A stretch of DNA of 64,000 bases from an uncultured Erysipelotrichaceae bacterium (GTDB taxonomy: Bacteria; Bacillota_I; Bacilli_A; Erysipelotrichales; Erysipelotrichaceae). The DNA lies in contig OMYM01000142.1 of the NCBI GenBank assembly GCA_900315225.1, positions 19,919-83,918 of the forward strand. The letters run 5' to 3'. Below the pieces are notes generated by a model. The model searched no databases. It was not told the DNA's origin and worked only from the letters and a program-made list of their open reading frames with translations. Made by a program: the position numbers and the translations under genes. Numbering within the stretch: position 1 is the first letter of the stretch; each line of letters begins with the position of its first letter. Shown here in pieces: positions 1 to 10,192 of the stretch.

Positions 1-198
1 ATTCAACAACAATGGGTAGCCTAGCACAATGCAGCCAGGCTTTCTTTCCGCCACAAGCTCCAAGACTCTATCCAGCGCAGTGTCATAGTCATCTTTCTTG
101 AACCGGATGGTTGTCACGGTGCCGGCGATAAAGCCAGTCTCGCTCTCGCTGACACCGCAAGTAACGCTTCCTAGGTCAAGCCCAATGTATCTCGTCAT
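1..198 (-). CDS. ruvX: YqgF/RuvX family nuclease (5' part only, runs off the window)
   Basis: Hand translation from ATG at 198 gives [19 protein letters not shown]...[10 protein letters not shown], which carries the YqgF GLDxG and VxGxP motifs. It overlaps the upstream ireB stop (ATGA) in the usual alaS-ireB-ruvX order. Confidence 0.88.
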   Translation of the reverse strand, partial: MTRYIGLDLGSVTCGVSESETGFIAGTVTTIRFKKDDYDTALDRVLELVAERKPGCIVLGYPLLLN

Positions 199-476
199 TT
201 GCCGGATACCTTGCCTGCCGCAAGATAAAAACGCACCAGCTCCTCAATGATTTCATGGCGCTCCACGGTCTGGATCATGGTACGTGCATTCTTATGCGAA
301 GAAATGTACGCAGGATCCGCTGAAATCAAATAACCGGATATTTGGTTGATCGCATTGTAGCCTCTTTCTGAAAGAGCATTTTCAACATCCACCAAGACAT
401 CACGGATTCTCCTCATGCGAATCTCTTCGACATTGTAGCTAACCGTGTTCGAACTGGAGTCATTATTATAGCTCAT
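195..476 (-). CDS. ireB: IreB/ReoM (UPF0297) regulatory phosphoprotein
   Basis: Motif [28 protein letters not shown]...R; GGAGG RBS; synteny between alaS and ruvX. Confidence 0.88.
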   Translation of the reverse strand: MSYNNDSSSNTVSYNVEEIRMRRIRDVLVDVENALSERGYNAINQISGYLISADPAYISSHKNARTMIQTVERHEIIEELVRFYLAAGKVSGK

Positions 477-621
477 TATCCGTAACCTCCGTCTTTTTCT
501 CTATTTTATGATATTTCACTTAAAATGTATAGAAAGGGAAACACGTTCTTATTCCACTCCTTGAAATTAATGCCTTGGATAGAAAACAATTGGCTCATAA
601 ACAGGCGTTTTTGACGCTGGT

Positions 622-666
622 CTTGGCAAACAGGCACTTTTCATCTATGAAAAGTGCCATGCCAAG
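622..666 (-). terminator. Long hairpin after alaS (probable terminator)
   Basis: Nested inverted repeat cttggca...ggcacttttcat-ct-atgaaaagtgcc...tgccaag just past the alaS stop; the U-tract is weak. Confidence 0.55.
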
Positions 667-678
667 TCGATTCTGTTG

Positions 679-3315
679 TCAACCCTTCAATCTATCGCGC
701 ACCATTGCAAGCGCAGCATCAAGCTTTGAAGCATCTTTTCCACCTGCCTGTGCCATGTCAGGTCTGCCACCGCCTTTTCCACCGCACATTTGCGCTGCAG
801 CCTTGATGATCTCTCCAGCCTTGAAGCCCTTGGCGATTGCTGCTTTTGAGCTAGCGCAAACAAATGTAAGCTTACCTTCATTTTCGTTGGAAAGGAACAC
901 AAAGCCATCTTTCATTTTGCCGCAAAGCGTCTCCGCATATCCCTTCAAGCTGCCGTTTTCCAAGCCTGTGCATCTTTGCACAAGAACCATCAACCCGTTG
1001 ATCTCCTCAGCTGCGGAAATCCTACTTTCCGCCTCCATGCGCATCGCCTTTTCTTTCTGTGCCGCAATCTGCTTGCGAAGGGAATTGTTTTCTTCCATCA
1101 AGGCAGCGATCTTTTCTTTCAATCCAACGGAAGAAGCCATCTTCATTGCCTTTGCGCAATCGCCAAGATATGCCTCTTCTTCCTTGAACGCATCATAAGC
1201 CTTCATCTTTGTAACACTGGTAATTCGCCTAATGCCCGAACCAATCGATTCCTCTGAAACGATCTTGAACACGCCTAGATCGCTGGTTCTCTGCACATGC
1301 GTTCCACCACAGAATTCCTTGGAAAAATCCGACATGGAGACAACACGCACCGTATCTCCGTATTTTTCGTCAAACAACGCAATGGCGCCAGTATTCTTTG
1401 CTTCATCAAGGGTCATGACTTGGGTAACGACATCAATGGACTCCTGGATCTTCTCGTTGACGATTCTTTCGACTTCCTTCAGCTGTTCATCGGTAGGCTT
1501 CTCAAAATGAGTGAAGTCAAAGCGTCCATAATCAGGACAGTTGTATGAACCTGCCTGGGCTACATGATCGCCAAGCACCTGGCGCAACGCAGCCTGCAAT
1601 AAGTGCAGCGAGCTGTGGTTTGCCCTTGTCTTTTGGCGTGCGTCATAATCATAGGCGCCACAAACGACATCGCCTTCCTTGAGGGATCCCTGGGTCACCT
1701 TGACGTGATGCAAAGGTTGTTTGTGTGGTGCTTTTTTGACATCTGTCACATCTGCCGCAAAGCCATCTGCCCACAGTTTTCCCGTATCGGCGCACTGTCC
1801 GCCCGACTCGGCGTAAAAACATGTTTCGGATAGAACAACATCTCCCTCATCGTCAATGACATTGACTCTAGCGCCATCCTTGAACAATCCAACGACCGTT
1901 CCCTTGCACTCATGCTCGGTATAACCGGTAAACACAGATTCATCCGTAAAATCCATCAAGTCTTTCGATTGGCTATGCATGGACTGCACATCGCCGCGCG
2001 CCGCTCTTGCGCGCTCTTTCTGTAGCTGCATTTCTTTCTCAAAGCCATCCATATCGACTTCATATCCAGCTTCTTGGGCGATTTCCGCCGTCAATTCCTT
2101 TGGAAAGCCATATGTATCGTACAAACGGAAAACCGTCTCGCCTGGAAGGTGCTTCGTGTCTGCGTGATTCTTCAATTCTTCGTTCAACAGACTCTCGCCA
2201 TTGGCAAGCGTCTGGTGGAACGATTCCTCCTCGGTCTTGACGAGGCGGCTGACAAATGCAACCCTGCCCTCAAGATATGGATAAAAATCCTTCATCATGT
2301 CCGCGACAACGGCGACAAGCTTGTACATGAAGCTTCCCTCAATGCCAAGCTTGATGCCATACCTGACTGCCCTGCGCAATACTCGCCTCAAGACATATCC
2401 CCGTCCCTCATTGGAGAATGAAGCGCCATCGGCGATCGCAAAGGTCACCGTCCTGATATGATCGGCAATGACTCTGTAAGCCATTTTGTATTCTGGCTCC
2501 GCATAAGAATGCTTGGCATATTTCTCTGTTTCCCTGATCACTGGAAGGAACAGATCCGTATCGAAGTTGGTCTCGCCATCCTGGATCAGGCATACAAGTC
2601 TTTCAAGCCCCATGCCAGTGTCAATGTTCTTTTGCGGCAGCTCCTTGTATTCCGAGCGCGGCAGTTCGTCTGGACGGCAATCGTATTGAGAGAAAACGAT
2701 GTTCCAAACCTCGATATAGCGATCATTCTCAATGTCTTCGAAAAACAGCTTTTCCCCTAGCTTCTGAGGATCGTATTTTTCGCCTCTGTCATAGTACAGC
2801 TCGGTATCCGGTCCACCTGGCCCACGCCCTATCTCCCAGAAATTGTCTGCTGTCTTCCTAATGTGGGAGGGGATCATCCCTGTCTTGACCCAAAGGTCGT
2901 ATGCTTCTTGATCGTCTGGGTAAACGGTGACATATAGTTTTTCGGGATCAAATCCAATCCATTCCTTCGATGTCAAAAACTCCCACGCCCATGGAATCGC
3001 TTCTTGCTTGAAATAATCGCCGATTGAGAAATTTCCCAGCATTTCAAAAAACGTATGATGGCGCGCCGTCTTTCCGACATTCTCTATATCGTTTGTCCTG
3101 ATGGACTTTTGCGCATTGCAAATGCGGTTGCAAGCGGGCTTCTCCGTCCCATCAAAATATTTTTTCAGTGCCGAAACACCGGCATTGATCCACAACAGGG
3201 TTGGATCGTCATGGGGGATCAGGCTTGCGCCTGGCTCAACCATACAGCCCTTTGACTTAAAGAAATCCAGGAACATTTTCCTGACTTCATTTCCGCTTAA
3301 TACCTTTTCACTCAT
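679..3315 (-). CDS. alaS: Alanine--tRNA ligase
   Basis: HHTFFEMLGNFS, HSSLH...CGGTH editing motif, C-terminal GGGRPDMAQAGG. Start moved to ATG 3315 (MSEK) after GGAGG. Confidence 0.97.
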   Translation of the reverse strand: MSEKVLSGNEVRKMFLDFFKSKGCMVEPGASLIPHDDPTLLWINAGVSALKKYFDGTEKPACNRICNAQKSIRTNDIENVGKTARHHTFFEMLGNFSIGDYFKQEAIPWAWEFLTSKEWIGFDPEKLYVTVYPDDQEAYDLWVKTGMIPSHIRKTADNFWEIGRGPGGPDTELYYDRGEKYDPQKLGEKLFFEDIENDRYIEVWNIVFSQYDCRPDELPRSEYKELPQKNIDTGMGLERLVCLIQDGETNFDTDLFLPVIRETEKYAKHSYAEPEYKMAYRVIADHIRTVTFAIADGASFSNEGRGYVLRRVLRRAVRYGIKLGIEGSFMYKLVAVVADMMKDFYPYLEGRVAFVSRLVKTEEESFHQTLANGESLLNEELKNHADTKHLPGETVFRLYDTYGFPKELTAEIAQEAGYEVDMDGFEKEMQLQKERARAARGDVQSMHSQSKDLMDFTDESVFTGYTEHECKGTVVGLFKDGARVNVIDDEGDVVLSETCFYAESGGQCADTGKLWADGFAADVTDVKKAPHKQPLHHVKVTQGSLKEGDVVCGAYDYDARQKTRANHSSLHLLQAALRQVLGDHVAQAGSYNCPDYGRFDFTHFEKPTDEQLKEVERIVNEKIQESIDVVTQVMTLDEAKNTGAIALFDEKYGDTVRVVSMSDFSKEFCGGTHVQRTSDLGVFKIVSEESIGSGIRRITSVTKMKAYDAFKEEEAYLGDCAKAMKMASSVGLKEKIAALMEENNSLRKQIAAQKEKAMRMEAESRISAAEEINGLMVLVQRCTGLENGSLKGYAETLCGKMKDGFVFLSNENEGKLTFVCASSKAAIAKGFKAGEIIKAAAQMCGGKGGGRPDMAQAGGKDASKLDAALAMVRDRLKG

Positions 3316-3324
3316 CTCATTACC

Positions 3325-3550
3325 TCCAAAATAAAAACGTTCCTGCATCCAGGAACGCCAGCACGCGGTACCATCCTGGTTCGCGTGACATTCCACACGC
3401 ACCTTAATTACACCTTTAACGCAGGCTTGCGTCGCCTATTAAGCGCACTGATAGGGACAGCTTCACCAACTTCGCAGCAGGAACCTTTCACCTGTTGTTC
3501 CCTCTCTTTTTTCCTGCGAGCCGAAGGCTACTTGTTCCCCGTCCTCGATT
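3325..3550 (-). promoter_or_regulatory. T-box riboswitch (Ala) upstream of alaS
   Basis: Minus strand shows the AGTA/AGAGA/GGTGAAA stem I elements, specifier GAA-GCT (Ala), T-box AACCAGGATGGTACCGCG and terminator gcgttcctg...caggaacg-ttttt. Confidence 0.88.
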
Positions 3551-3632
3551 TCTCGGATATTCTATCACAAAAACAGGCTCTGCGAAAGAAAAAAGGCACC
3601 CGCTAGGGATGGACCATCGCGCGCAATTATTG

Positions 3633-5825
3633 TCAAAAAGGAAGATCCGATGGCATCCATTGGACAATCCTATCGGACAATGAAGTCATGCGCGGCTTCC
3701 TATCGCCTGTCGATATGCCCCTGACGAAAGCGTCTTGTTCGCCGATCAAGGCCAAGGCAAGCTTGGCGCGGGAGACAGCTGTGTAGATCAACCTTCTTTG
3801 TAGCATGTATCTCATGCGCCAATCAAACGGCATGATGACCACTGGGTACTCGGAGCCTTGCGACTTATGCACGCTGATGCAATAGGCAAGCGTGATATTG
3901 CCCCAAGTCTCTTGCGTATATTCGACAAATACATCGTCAAACTGGACGATGATCCTTTGCCTGTCGTCTTCGCTCTCGCTTTTATAGACAATCTCGGAAA
4001 GAATGCCAATGTCGCCATTGAACACATTGTCGTCGGGCTGGTTCTTCAGCTGGAGAATCTTGTCGCCTTCGCGAAATGTCTGGTAGCCAATCTGCATCTC
4101 TCTTTTCGAAAGATCGAAGGGATTCGCCATTTCCTGGATTGTCTTGTTCAGCATGTGGATACCAGCGGTTCCTTCATACATGGGCGAAAGAACCTGCACG
4201 TCCTCAAGCGCAAACCCCTTGTCAAGAAATGCCCCGACAACCTCAACGACCTTGTCGCGGATTTCCTCGCAAGGACACTCGAAAAACATCACATCCTTGT
4301 TGCCATAGGCAGACATGTCCACATTCCCATGACGAATATCATGCGACAAAGCAATGACATTTGAATCGTTCGCCTGACGATAGATATGTTCAAGAGCTAC
4401 GACTTTGAAACGCCCACTGGAAATCAAATCACGCAGTACGCAACCTGGTCCTACACTTGGCAATTGGTCTTGATCGCCCACCAGGCACATCTTGCGTATA
4501 TTTGCGCTTGCCTTGAGAAGGCTGGAAAACAAATAGGCATCGACCATTGAAAACTCATCGACAACCAATAGGTCACATTCCAAAGGGTCTTTTTGATTCT
4601 TTGCGAATGTATTTGTCTCAAGGTCCCACTTCAGCAGCGAGTGCAAGGTCAATGCCCCAAAGCCTGTCAATTCGCCAAGGCGCTTAGCGGCACGTCCTGT
4701 CGGCGCCGCCAAGACAATCTTGGAGCCTGGATACATCTGGGCAAACAATGTGACAAATGCCTTGACAAGCGTTGTCTTCCCCGTGCCAGGACCACCTGTC
4801 ATGATCATCATATCCTCACGAAAAAAGGACTGGACAGCCTCTTTTTGCACATCGTCATAGGAAATGCCAAGCTTTCCTTCAAGCGCCAAGAGCTTTCCCG
4901 CAACTTCCTCTTTGTCCATCGGCATGCAGGCAGTCTCTGGAAAAGACGCAAAAAACGATGCGATCATGCGCTCCGCCTCATATTGCGAAAAGGCGTAAAT
5001 CCGACCTTCTTCCTCGACAAGGCTGCCTTTGACAACCGCCTGATCAAGCAAGCCATCAAAATCCTGCCCCTGCACCTCACGCTCAAAACGCTGCCTGAGG
5101 CTCTCGGCAAGCACATACGAATCACCGCTTGCCATGCACATTCGCATGACCATGGAGACAAGCAATGCATAAAGACGTCTTGGGTCATCTTGCTCCACGC
5201 CCAAACTTGCGGCAAGCTTGTCGGCAGTATCAAAGCCAAAGCCTTCGCATTCCTCGATAACCCTATACGGGTTCTCCCTCAACTTCTCCATGGCCTGCCT
5301 GCCATATGCATTAAAAAGCCTAGACAGACTGTTCATGCCAATGCCACTGACCCCAAGAAAACGGGATAATTCCTCCATGCCAGGGTCATCTTGCTCCAAT
5401 CCCTTGGCAATGGCATCGAATTGCCTTTGTGTCAAACCCTTGACCTGCCAAAGCGAGGAAATGTCTTCCTTAAGCAAGCGAAGGCAGTCATCGCCAAGCG
5501 TTTCCGCTATTTTTTCCGCCGTAACTTCACCAATACCGGCAAACTGTGCGCCAGAAAGATACCTGATGATTCCTTCTTTCTTAGTCGGCAGCACCCTTTT
5601 CACCATCACTGCCTGAAACTGCATGCCATAGCGGGGATGTTCCTGGTAAAACCCCTCCACTTCATACAATGCGTCTTTTTCAACATGAGGCATGTTACCG
5701 GTCACGGTGATCTTGGTCTGTCTCTTGTTGTTTAATACAAAACGCGCAACGGTATAGAAATTCGTTTCATTCCGATAGACGACATGCGCAAACCTGCCTT
5801 GAAGAACGACCGGATCATTGTTCAT
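3633..5825 (-). CDS. recD2: ATP-dependent RecD-like DNA helicase RecD2
   Basis: GGPGTGKT Walker A, VVDEFSM, AYCISVHKSQGSEY, N-terminal OB/HhH region. Confidence 0.93.
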   Translation of the reverse strand: MNNDPVVLQGRFAHVVYRNETNFYTVARFVLNNKRQTKITVTGNMPHVEKDALYEVEGFYQEHPRYGMQFQAVMVKRVLPTKKEGIIRYLSGAQFAGIGEVTAEKIAETLGDDCLRLLKEDISSLWQVKGLTQRQFDAIAKGLEQDDPGMEELSRFLGVSGIGMNSLSRLFNAYGRQAMEKLRENPYRVIEECEGFGFDTADKLAASLGVEQDDPRRLYALLVSMVMRMCMASGDSYVLAESLRQRFEREVQGQDFDGLLDQAVVKGSLVEEEGRIYAFSQYEAERMIASFFASFPETACMPMDKEEVAGKLLALEGKLGISYDDVQKEAVQSFFREDMMIMTGGPGTGKTTLVKAFVTLFAQMYPGSKIVLAAPTGRAAKRLGELTGFGALTLHSLLKWDLETNTFAKNQKDPLECDLLVVDEFSMVDAYLFSSLLKASANIRKMCLVGDQDQLPSVGPGCVLRDLISSGRFKVVALEHIYRQANDSNVIALSHDIRHGNVDMSAYGNKDVMFFECPCEEIRDKVVEVVGAFLDKGFALEDVQVLSPMYEGTAGIHMLNKTIQEMANPFDLSKREMQIGYQTFREGDKILQLKNQPDDNVFNGDIGILSEIVYKSESEDDRQRIIVQFDDVFVEYTQETWGNITLAYCISVHKSQGSEYPVVIMPFDWRMRYMLQRRLIYTAVSRAKLALALIGEQDAFVRGISTGDRKPRMTSLSDRIVQWMPSDLPF

Positions 5826-6970
5826 TCAGCTCCTCCTTCCGCCATTGAGACGACTTTTTCCATCAAATCCTCGCCATCCTTGAACACCTGTTCGATGCGT
5901 CCAGCAGCAACCACGACTTCGCCATCGTAGAAAACTGCCTCTTGACCCGGTGTAACAGAACGAATGCCCTGAGGATACGACGCCATCAATCCGCCATCGC
6001 AATCCAAGCGGATCTCTACATCCTGGTCAGACTGGCGATAACGGAATTTTGCGGCACACTTCAACGGCAATGTGCGATCCGCCAGCCAATTCACGCCCTT
6101 GACCAGGCACGACGTTGAATACAGCAAGCTTTGGTGCCTTTCATCCGCAACATAAAGCTCGTTTTTAGCAATACTCTTGCCAATACAGTAATATGGTCCC
6201 GTCCCGCCAATATCCAGGCCTTTTCTTTGCCCAATGGTGTAGTAAAAAACCCCCTTGTGCGTCCCGATGGGCTTGCCTGTCGAGACGTTGATGATCCTTC
6301 CTTCCTTCATTGGCATATAGTTGCCAAGGAAACGACGGAAATCCCTTTCTCCAATGAAGCAGATCCCCGTGGAATCCTTCTTGCTGGCAATCGAGAGTCC
6401 TAGCTCGCGAGCGATTTCACGTACCTGCGTCTTGTTGATATCGGCCAAAGGAAAAAGAACATGCTCAAATGCATCGCGATGAACCTCCCCAAGAAAATAC
6501 GACTGATCCTTGGAAAGATCAACCGCTTTTTTCAAGACAACCCTGTCATTTTCCTTTCCCAATGCCGCATAATGACCCGTTGCAAGCATGTCGAAGCCAT
6601 TGTCATTCGCAAACTTCAGGAAGCTGTCAAACTTGATATGCCTGTTGCATAGGATATCGGGGTTTGGTGTCCTTCCCCTTTTGTATTCGGAAAGGAAAAC
6701 CGAAAAAACATCGTCCCAGTATTCCTTGATGAAATCAACGCGCAACAAATCAAGGCCAAGCGTCTTCGCGGTGTTCAAGGCATCGATATAATCTGCTTCT
6801 TGCGGACAGACAGGATCATTCAATGTAGGATTGCCATCGAAGTCATCGTTTGCCATCGCATCCCAGTTGCGCATAAAGGCGCAAGTCACATCTAAACCCT
6901 GTTTCTTCAAAAGATACGCCGCGATGGCGCTGTCGACGCCACCGGACAAGCCAACGAGAATCTTGCTCAT
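5822..6970 (-). CDS. mnmA: tRNA 2-thiouridylase MnmA
   Basis: SGGVDS PP-loop, TPNPDILCN, ATGHYA, DSTGICFIGE, TPGQ. Start set at MSKILV. Confidence 0.96.
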   Translation of the reverse strand: MSKILVGLSGGVDSAIAAYLLKKQGLDVTCAFMRNWDAMANDDFDGNPTLNDPVCPQEADYIDALNTAKTLGLDLLRVDFIKEYWDDVFSVFLSEYKRGRTPNPDILCNRHIKFDSFLKFANDNGFDMLATGHYAALGKENDRVVLKKAVDLSKDQSYFLGEVHRDAFEHVLFPLADINKTQVREIARELGLSIASKKDSTGICFIGERDFRRFLGNYMPMKEGRIINVSTGKPIGTHKGVFYYTIGQRKGLDIGGTGPYYCIGKSIAKNELYVADERHQSLLYSTSCLVKGVNWLADRTLPLKCAAKFRYRQSDQDVEIRLDCDGGLMASYPQGIRSVTPGQEAVFYDGEVVVAAGRIEQVFKDGEDLMEKVVSMAEGGAE

Positions 6971-6989
6971 ACTAGAAAAAAGGGCTGTT

Positions 6990-7433
6990 CTAAGCAGTTC
7001 CCTTCTCCTCCTCTCTAACATTTCCGCACGCCTTGAAATTTGGGCATTTCAGATCGCAGTTTCGATCCGCGACACGGCGCAACTCTTGTGGCACAAATAT
7101 GCCAATCTCCTCTTCATCAAAGCCAACCTGGAAGTTATCTTCGCTCAGGATGATCGGGCGCTTCAATACACTCGGATTGTTCCTAATGAACTCGATCAGC
7201 TGGGCGGTCGTCATCGAATCAATGTCCACCCCGCTTTCCTGGATCACCTTCGACCGTTTGGAAATTATGTCATCGCTGCCGTTTTCGCTTCTAATCAGCA
7301 AATGCTTGATTTCGTTGTCATTCAGCAACGTCTTGAATATGTTTTTTTCAATGAATTCGAGGTTACGGTCCCGCAGCCATTGCTTGACCTTGCGGCAGCT
7401 GGCGCAGCCGGGCGAAGTGTAAACAACAATCAT
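6990..7433 (-). CDS. spx: Spx/MgsR family transcriptional regulator with Cys-rich C-terminal extension
   Basis: YTSPGCASCRK N-terminal CxxC, LKRPII motif, AGGAG RBS before MIVVYT. Confidence 0.88.
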   Translation of the reverse strand: MIVVYTSPGCASCRKVKQWLRDRNLEFIEKNIFKTLLNDNEIKHLLIRSENGSDDIISKRSKVIQESGVDIDSMTTAQLIEFIRNNPSVLKRPIILSEDNFQVGFDEEEIGIFVPQELRRVADRNCDLKCPNFKACGNVREEEKGTA

Positions 7434-7524
7434 GGCATTCTCCTTGTCAATCTTTATTATAGCACGTTCGTCAACCGGCAAATTCCATAGTTGAAAAGAA
7501 ATAACGATTGTGATTAAATGTTTT

Positions 7525-7735
7525 TTGCCATGATCAGGTGCAGATTACAGGAATGCATTAAAGAAAAGCGCCGTCTGATGCGAGGCGCCATGCAAGCCTG
7601 CAAAATCGTTTTGGAGCCTGTGAGCATTGCGGATTCACGCACGGTCGGTCCGTTATCCCTGAAAAGTGATCCTTCGGGATAAGACGAGTGGCACCACGCG
7701 TAATGCGTCTCATCTACGGTCTTTTTTATTTTTCG
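7525..7735 (+). promoter_or_regulatory. T-box riboswitch (Trp) upstream of trpS
   Basis: Stem I cagg...gcctg with TGG specifier, CCGTTA element, T-box AAGACGAGTGGCACCACG, then a U-tract. Confidence 0.8.
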
Positions 7736-7791
7736 GGTGGTTTAATCTGCTCCTGGAGGATTCGCTCAAACGAAACGAAAGGATTGAATCT

Positions 7792-8784
7792 ATGAAAAGA
7801 ATGTTATCGGGCATCAAGCCCACCGGCCAGCTGCACCTTGGAAACTACATAGGTGCGCTACGCCACTTTGTCGATTACCAAGATGAATACGAAATGTATG
7901 CGTTCATCGCCAACCTTCATTGCATTACGGTTCCCCAGGATCCCGTCGAACTTCAAAAAAACCTCCGTGATTGCGTTGCCCTATACCTTGCATGCGGTCT
8001 TGATCCCGCCAAGGCGACCGTGTTTCTGCAAACCGATGTTCCTGCCCATGCCCAGCTAGGCTATATCATGTGTTGCCACACATACATGGGCGAGCTAAAT
8101 AGAATGACGCAATTCAAGGACAAACAGGCAAAGGGAGAAAAAAACTTGTCGGGTGGATTATATACATATCCTGCGTTGATGGCGGCTGACATCCTGCTCT
8201 ACGATCCAGACTACGTCCCTGTTGGCGATGATCAGAAACAACATGTAGAGATCACGCGTGATGTCGCAGAAAGAATGAACCATCGCTATGGCGAATTGTT
8301 TAAGATTCCTGAACCACTTGTTGCCAAGGTCGGTGCCCGCATCATGTCCCTTTCCGACCCATCGAAAAAAATGTCAAAGTCGGACGAGACAAACAAAGGA
8401 TGTATTTATCTTCTTGACCCACTGAAGACAGCTCGTAAAAAAGTCATGGGCGCCGTCACCGATTCCTACGCCAATGTGCATTTCGACCCTGAAAACCAGC
8501 CAGGGGTCTCCAATCTCATGCAAATTCTTTCCTCTCTTTCCAACGACCGTCCAATCGGTGAGATCGAACAGGAGTTCCAAGGCAAGGGATATGGCGAGTT
8601 CAAGCGTGCCGTTGCTGATGCGGTATGCGCTAGATTAGAGCAGATCCAAGCCCGCTATGATGAAATCATTACATCGGACATGATCGCAACAACCCTTTCG
8701 GATGGTGCAAGGCGCGCTTCTCTTCTCGCCAACGCAAAGCTTGAAAAAGTTCAAAAAGCCATTGGAATGGAGATCATTGCCTAA
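7792..8784 (+). CDS. trpS: Tryptophan--tRNA ligase
   Basis: SGIKPTG, HLGN, YPALMAADIL, VPVGDDQ, KMSKS. Confidence 0.97.
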   Translation: MKRMLSGIKPTGQLHLGNYIGALRHFVDYQDEYEMYAFIANLHCITVPQDPVELQKNLRDCVALYLACGLDPAKATVFLQTDVPAHAQLGYIMCCHTYMGELNRMTQFKDKQAKGEKNLSGGLYTYPALMAADILLYDPDYVPVGDDQKQHVEITRDVAERMNHRYGELFKIPEPLVAKVGARIMSLSDPSKKMSKSDETNKGCIYLLDPLKTARKKVMGAVTDSYANVHFDPENQPGVSNLMQILSSLSNDRPIGEIEQEFQGKGYGEFKRAVADAVCARLEQIQARYDEIITSDMIATTLSDGARRASLLANAKLEKVQKAIGMEIIA

Positions 8785-8816
8785 CGCACTAGTACCCAAA
8801 AGAGCATTTGACATAG

Positions 8817-8862
8817 AAAAAGCCTTGGAAATCCTTTTGTCAAAGGAATCCAAGGCTTTTTT
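8817..8862. terminator. Bidirectional intrinsic terminator between trpS and the YitT gene
   Basis: aaaaagccttgga...tccaaggctttttt inverted repeat between convergent genes. Confidence 0.8.
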
Positions 8863-9734
8863 CAATCCAGTGGCTCTTGGTAGTAGTTGCCGATGATTCG
8901 ATCAACAGGATTCAACGATATAAACGCCCTGCCATCGACTTCTTGTATCTTTTTCAAGATCGATTTCACTTGGTTGTTGTTCACAGCCATCAGCAACATT
9001 GCATGATCTTTCCCAGAATACGCACCGTAGCATTCCAGCCGCGTGATGCCATGTCGGCATATCCTGAATAATTCGGCGCAAATCTCGTCGGGTTTGTCGG
9101 TCACAATCTGTAGCCGCGTCACTTTGTACCTTTGGTGCAAAGTGTTGACCATCTGCGTAGAAGCATACTGGAATATGATCGAGTACAGTGCCTGGTTCCA
9201 CCCATAGCAAAAGCCGGCAACCAGCAAGACGCAGACGTTGCTGGCGAAAATATAGTTCCAAGACGAACGATGCAAACGATTCGACAGGTCGACCGCAATG
9301 AAATCCGTTCCGCCGCTCGAGGCATTTGCCCTCAAGGCAATGCCTACAGCTGTTCCATTGACAATGCCTCCAAATATGGCAATCAAGAGGATGTCCTGGG
9401 TGACCGTGTATTTCGGTAAAATCGCTGTAAGCAGCGAGGTCAAAGAAAACCATACCACGGAATACTCTACGAAATGGTGCCCGATCCTCTTCCAAACAAA
9501 CAATGTCGTTGCAATGTTCATGGCAAAATAGATCGTGCTAAAGTCGAGATGGATGGAAAACCTATCTTGGGCAACCATTGACAGCAACCGTGAAATACCA
9601 GCGTATCCTCCCGGGAACAAATTTCCCGACTTGACAAATGTATTCATGCCAAGGGAGTAGACTAGCGCCGAGAGCGCAACAAGTGCAAGCCTTCCCAGAT
9701 CGATTTTCTTAAAGCCGTCAAGCAATTCCTGCAT
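8862..9734 (-). CDS. YitT family membrane protein
   Basis: Several TM segments, GG..GI, SSGGTD motif, C-terminal DUF2179-like HGIT...GAYS...ID..AF. Confidence 0.85.
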   Translation of the reverse strand: MQELLDGFKKIDLGRLALVALSALVYSLGMNTFVKSGNLFPGGYAGISRLLSMVAQDRFSIHLDFSTIYFAMNIATTLFVWKRIGHHFVEYSVVWFSLTSLLTAILPKYTVTQDILLIAIFGGIVNGTAVGIALRANASSGGTDFIAVDLSNRLHRSSWNYIFASNVCVLLVAGFCYGWNQALYSIIFQYASTQMVNTLHQRYKVTRLQIVTDKPDEICAELFRICRHGITRLECYGAYSGKDHAMLLMAVNNNQVKSILKKIQEVDGRAFISLNPVDRIIGNYYQEPLD

Positions 9735-9745
9735 TGTTCATTTCC

Positions 9746-10183
9746 TCAGATCCCGCAAGCATTGCCTTTGCATTCGCCAGCGCACATAACTTCAAGTGCC
9801 CTCGTATCGATCGCAAAGGCATCGATCTCGATCTTTGCTCCATATGGAAGGGACGAAACCCCAATGACGCTTGCGGCAGGATATGGCGACTGGAACAATT
9901 CCATGTACACTTTATTAAACGCCTGGAAGTCATCCACATCTTGCAGATAAACCGTTGTCTTTAGGACATATCTCAAGTCTAGACCTGCCTCTTTCAACAA
10001 AAAGCCGATGTTGTGAATCACCGCCCTTGTCTGTTCTTCAATGGTTTCCCCAGCAAGAACACCCCTCTTGTGATCCAAGGGAAGCTGACCGCTGATATAA
10101 ACATAGTCGCCCAAACGAACCGCCGGAGAAAAACATCCGGCGGATTTGCTCATGCTTCGAAAAAACAAAGGTTCCTGCATCAT
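9746..10183 (-). CDS. Rid (YjgF/YER057c/UK114) family protein
   Basis: FSPAV...VYISGQLP, KTTVYL.D..DF..FN.VY, LP.GAKIEID. The catalytic Arg position reads Ala. Confidence 0.85.
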   Translation of the reverse strand: MMQEPLFFRSMSKSAGCFSPAVRLGDYVYISGQLPLDHKRGVLAGETIEEQTRAVIHNIGFLLKEAGLDLRYVLKTTVYLQDVDDFQAFNKVYMELFQSPYPAASVIGVSSLPYGAKIEIDAFAIDTRALEVMCAGECKGNACGI

Positions 10184-10192
10184 ATGCCAACC

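Noticed and set aside
575-1198. 207-aa plus-strand ORF and many similar short ORFs inside core genes
   Set aside because: These lie antisense to or in alternative frames of confident genes and show no independent coding signals.
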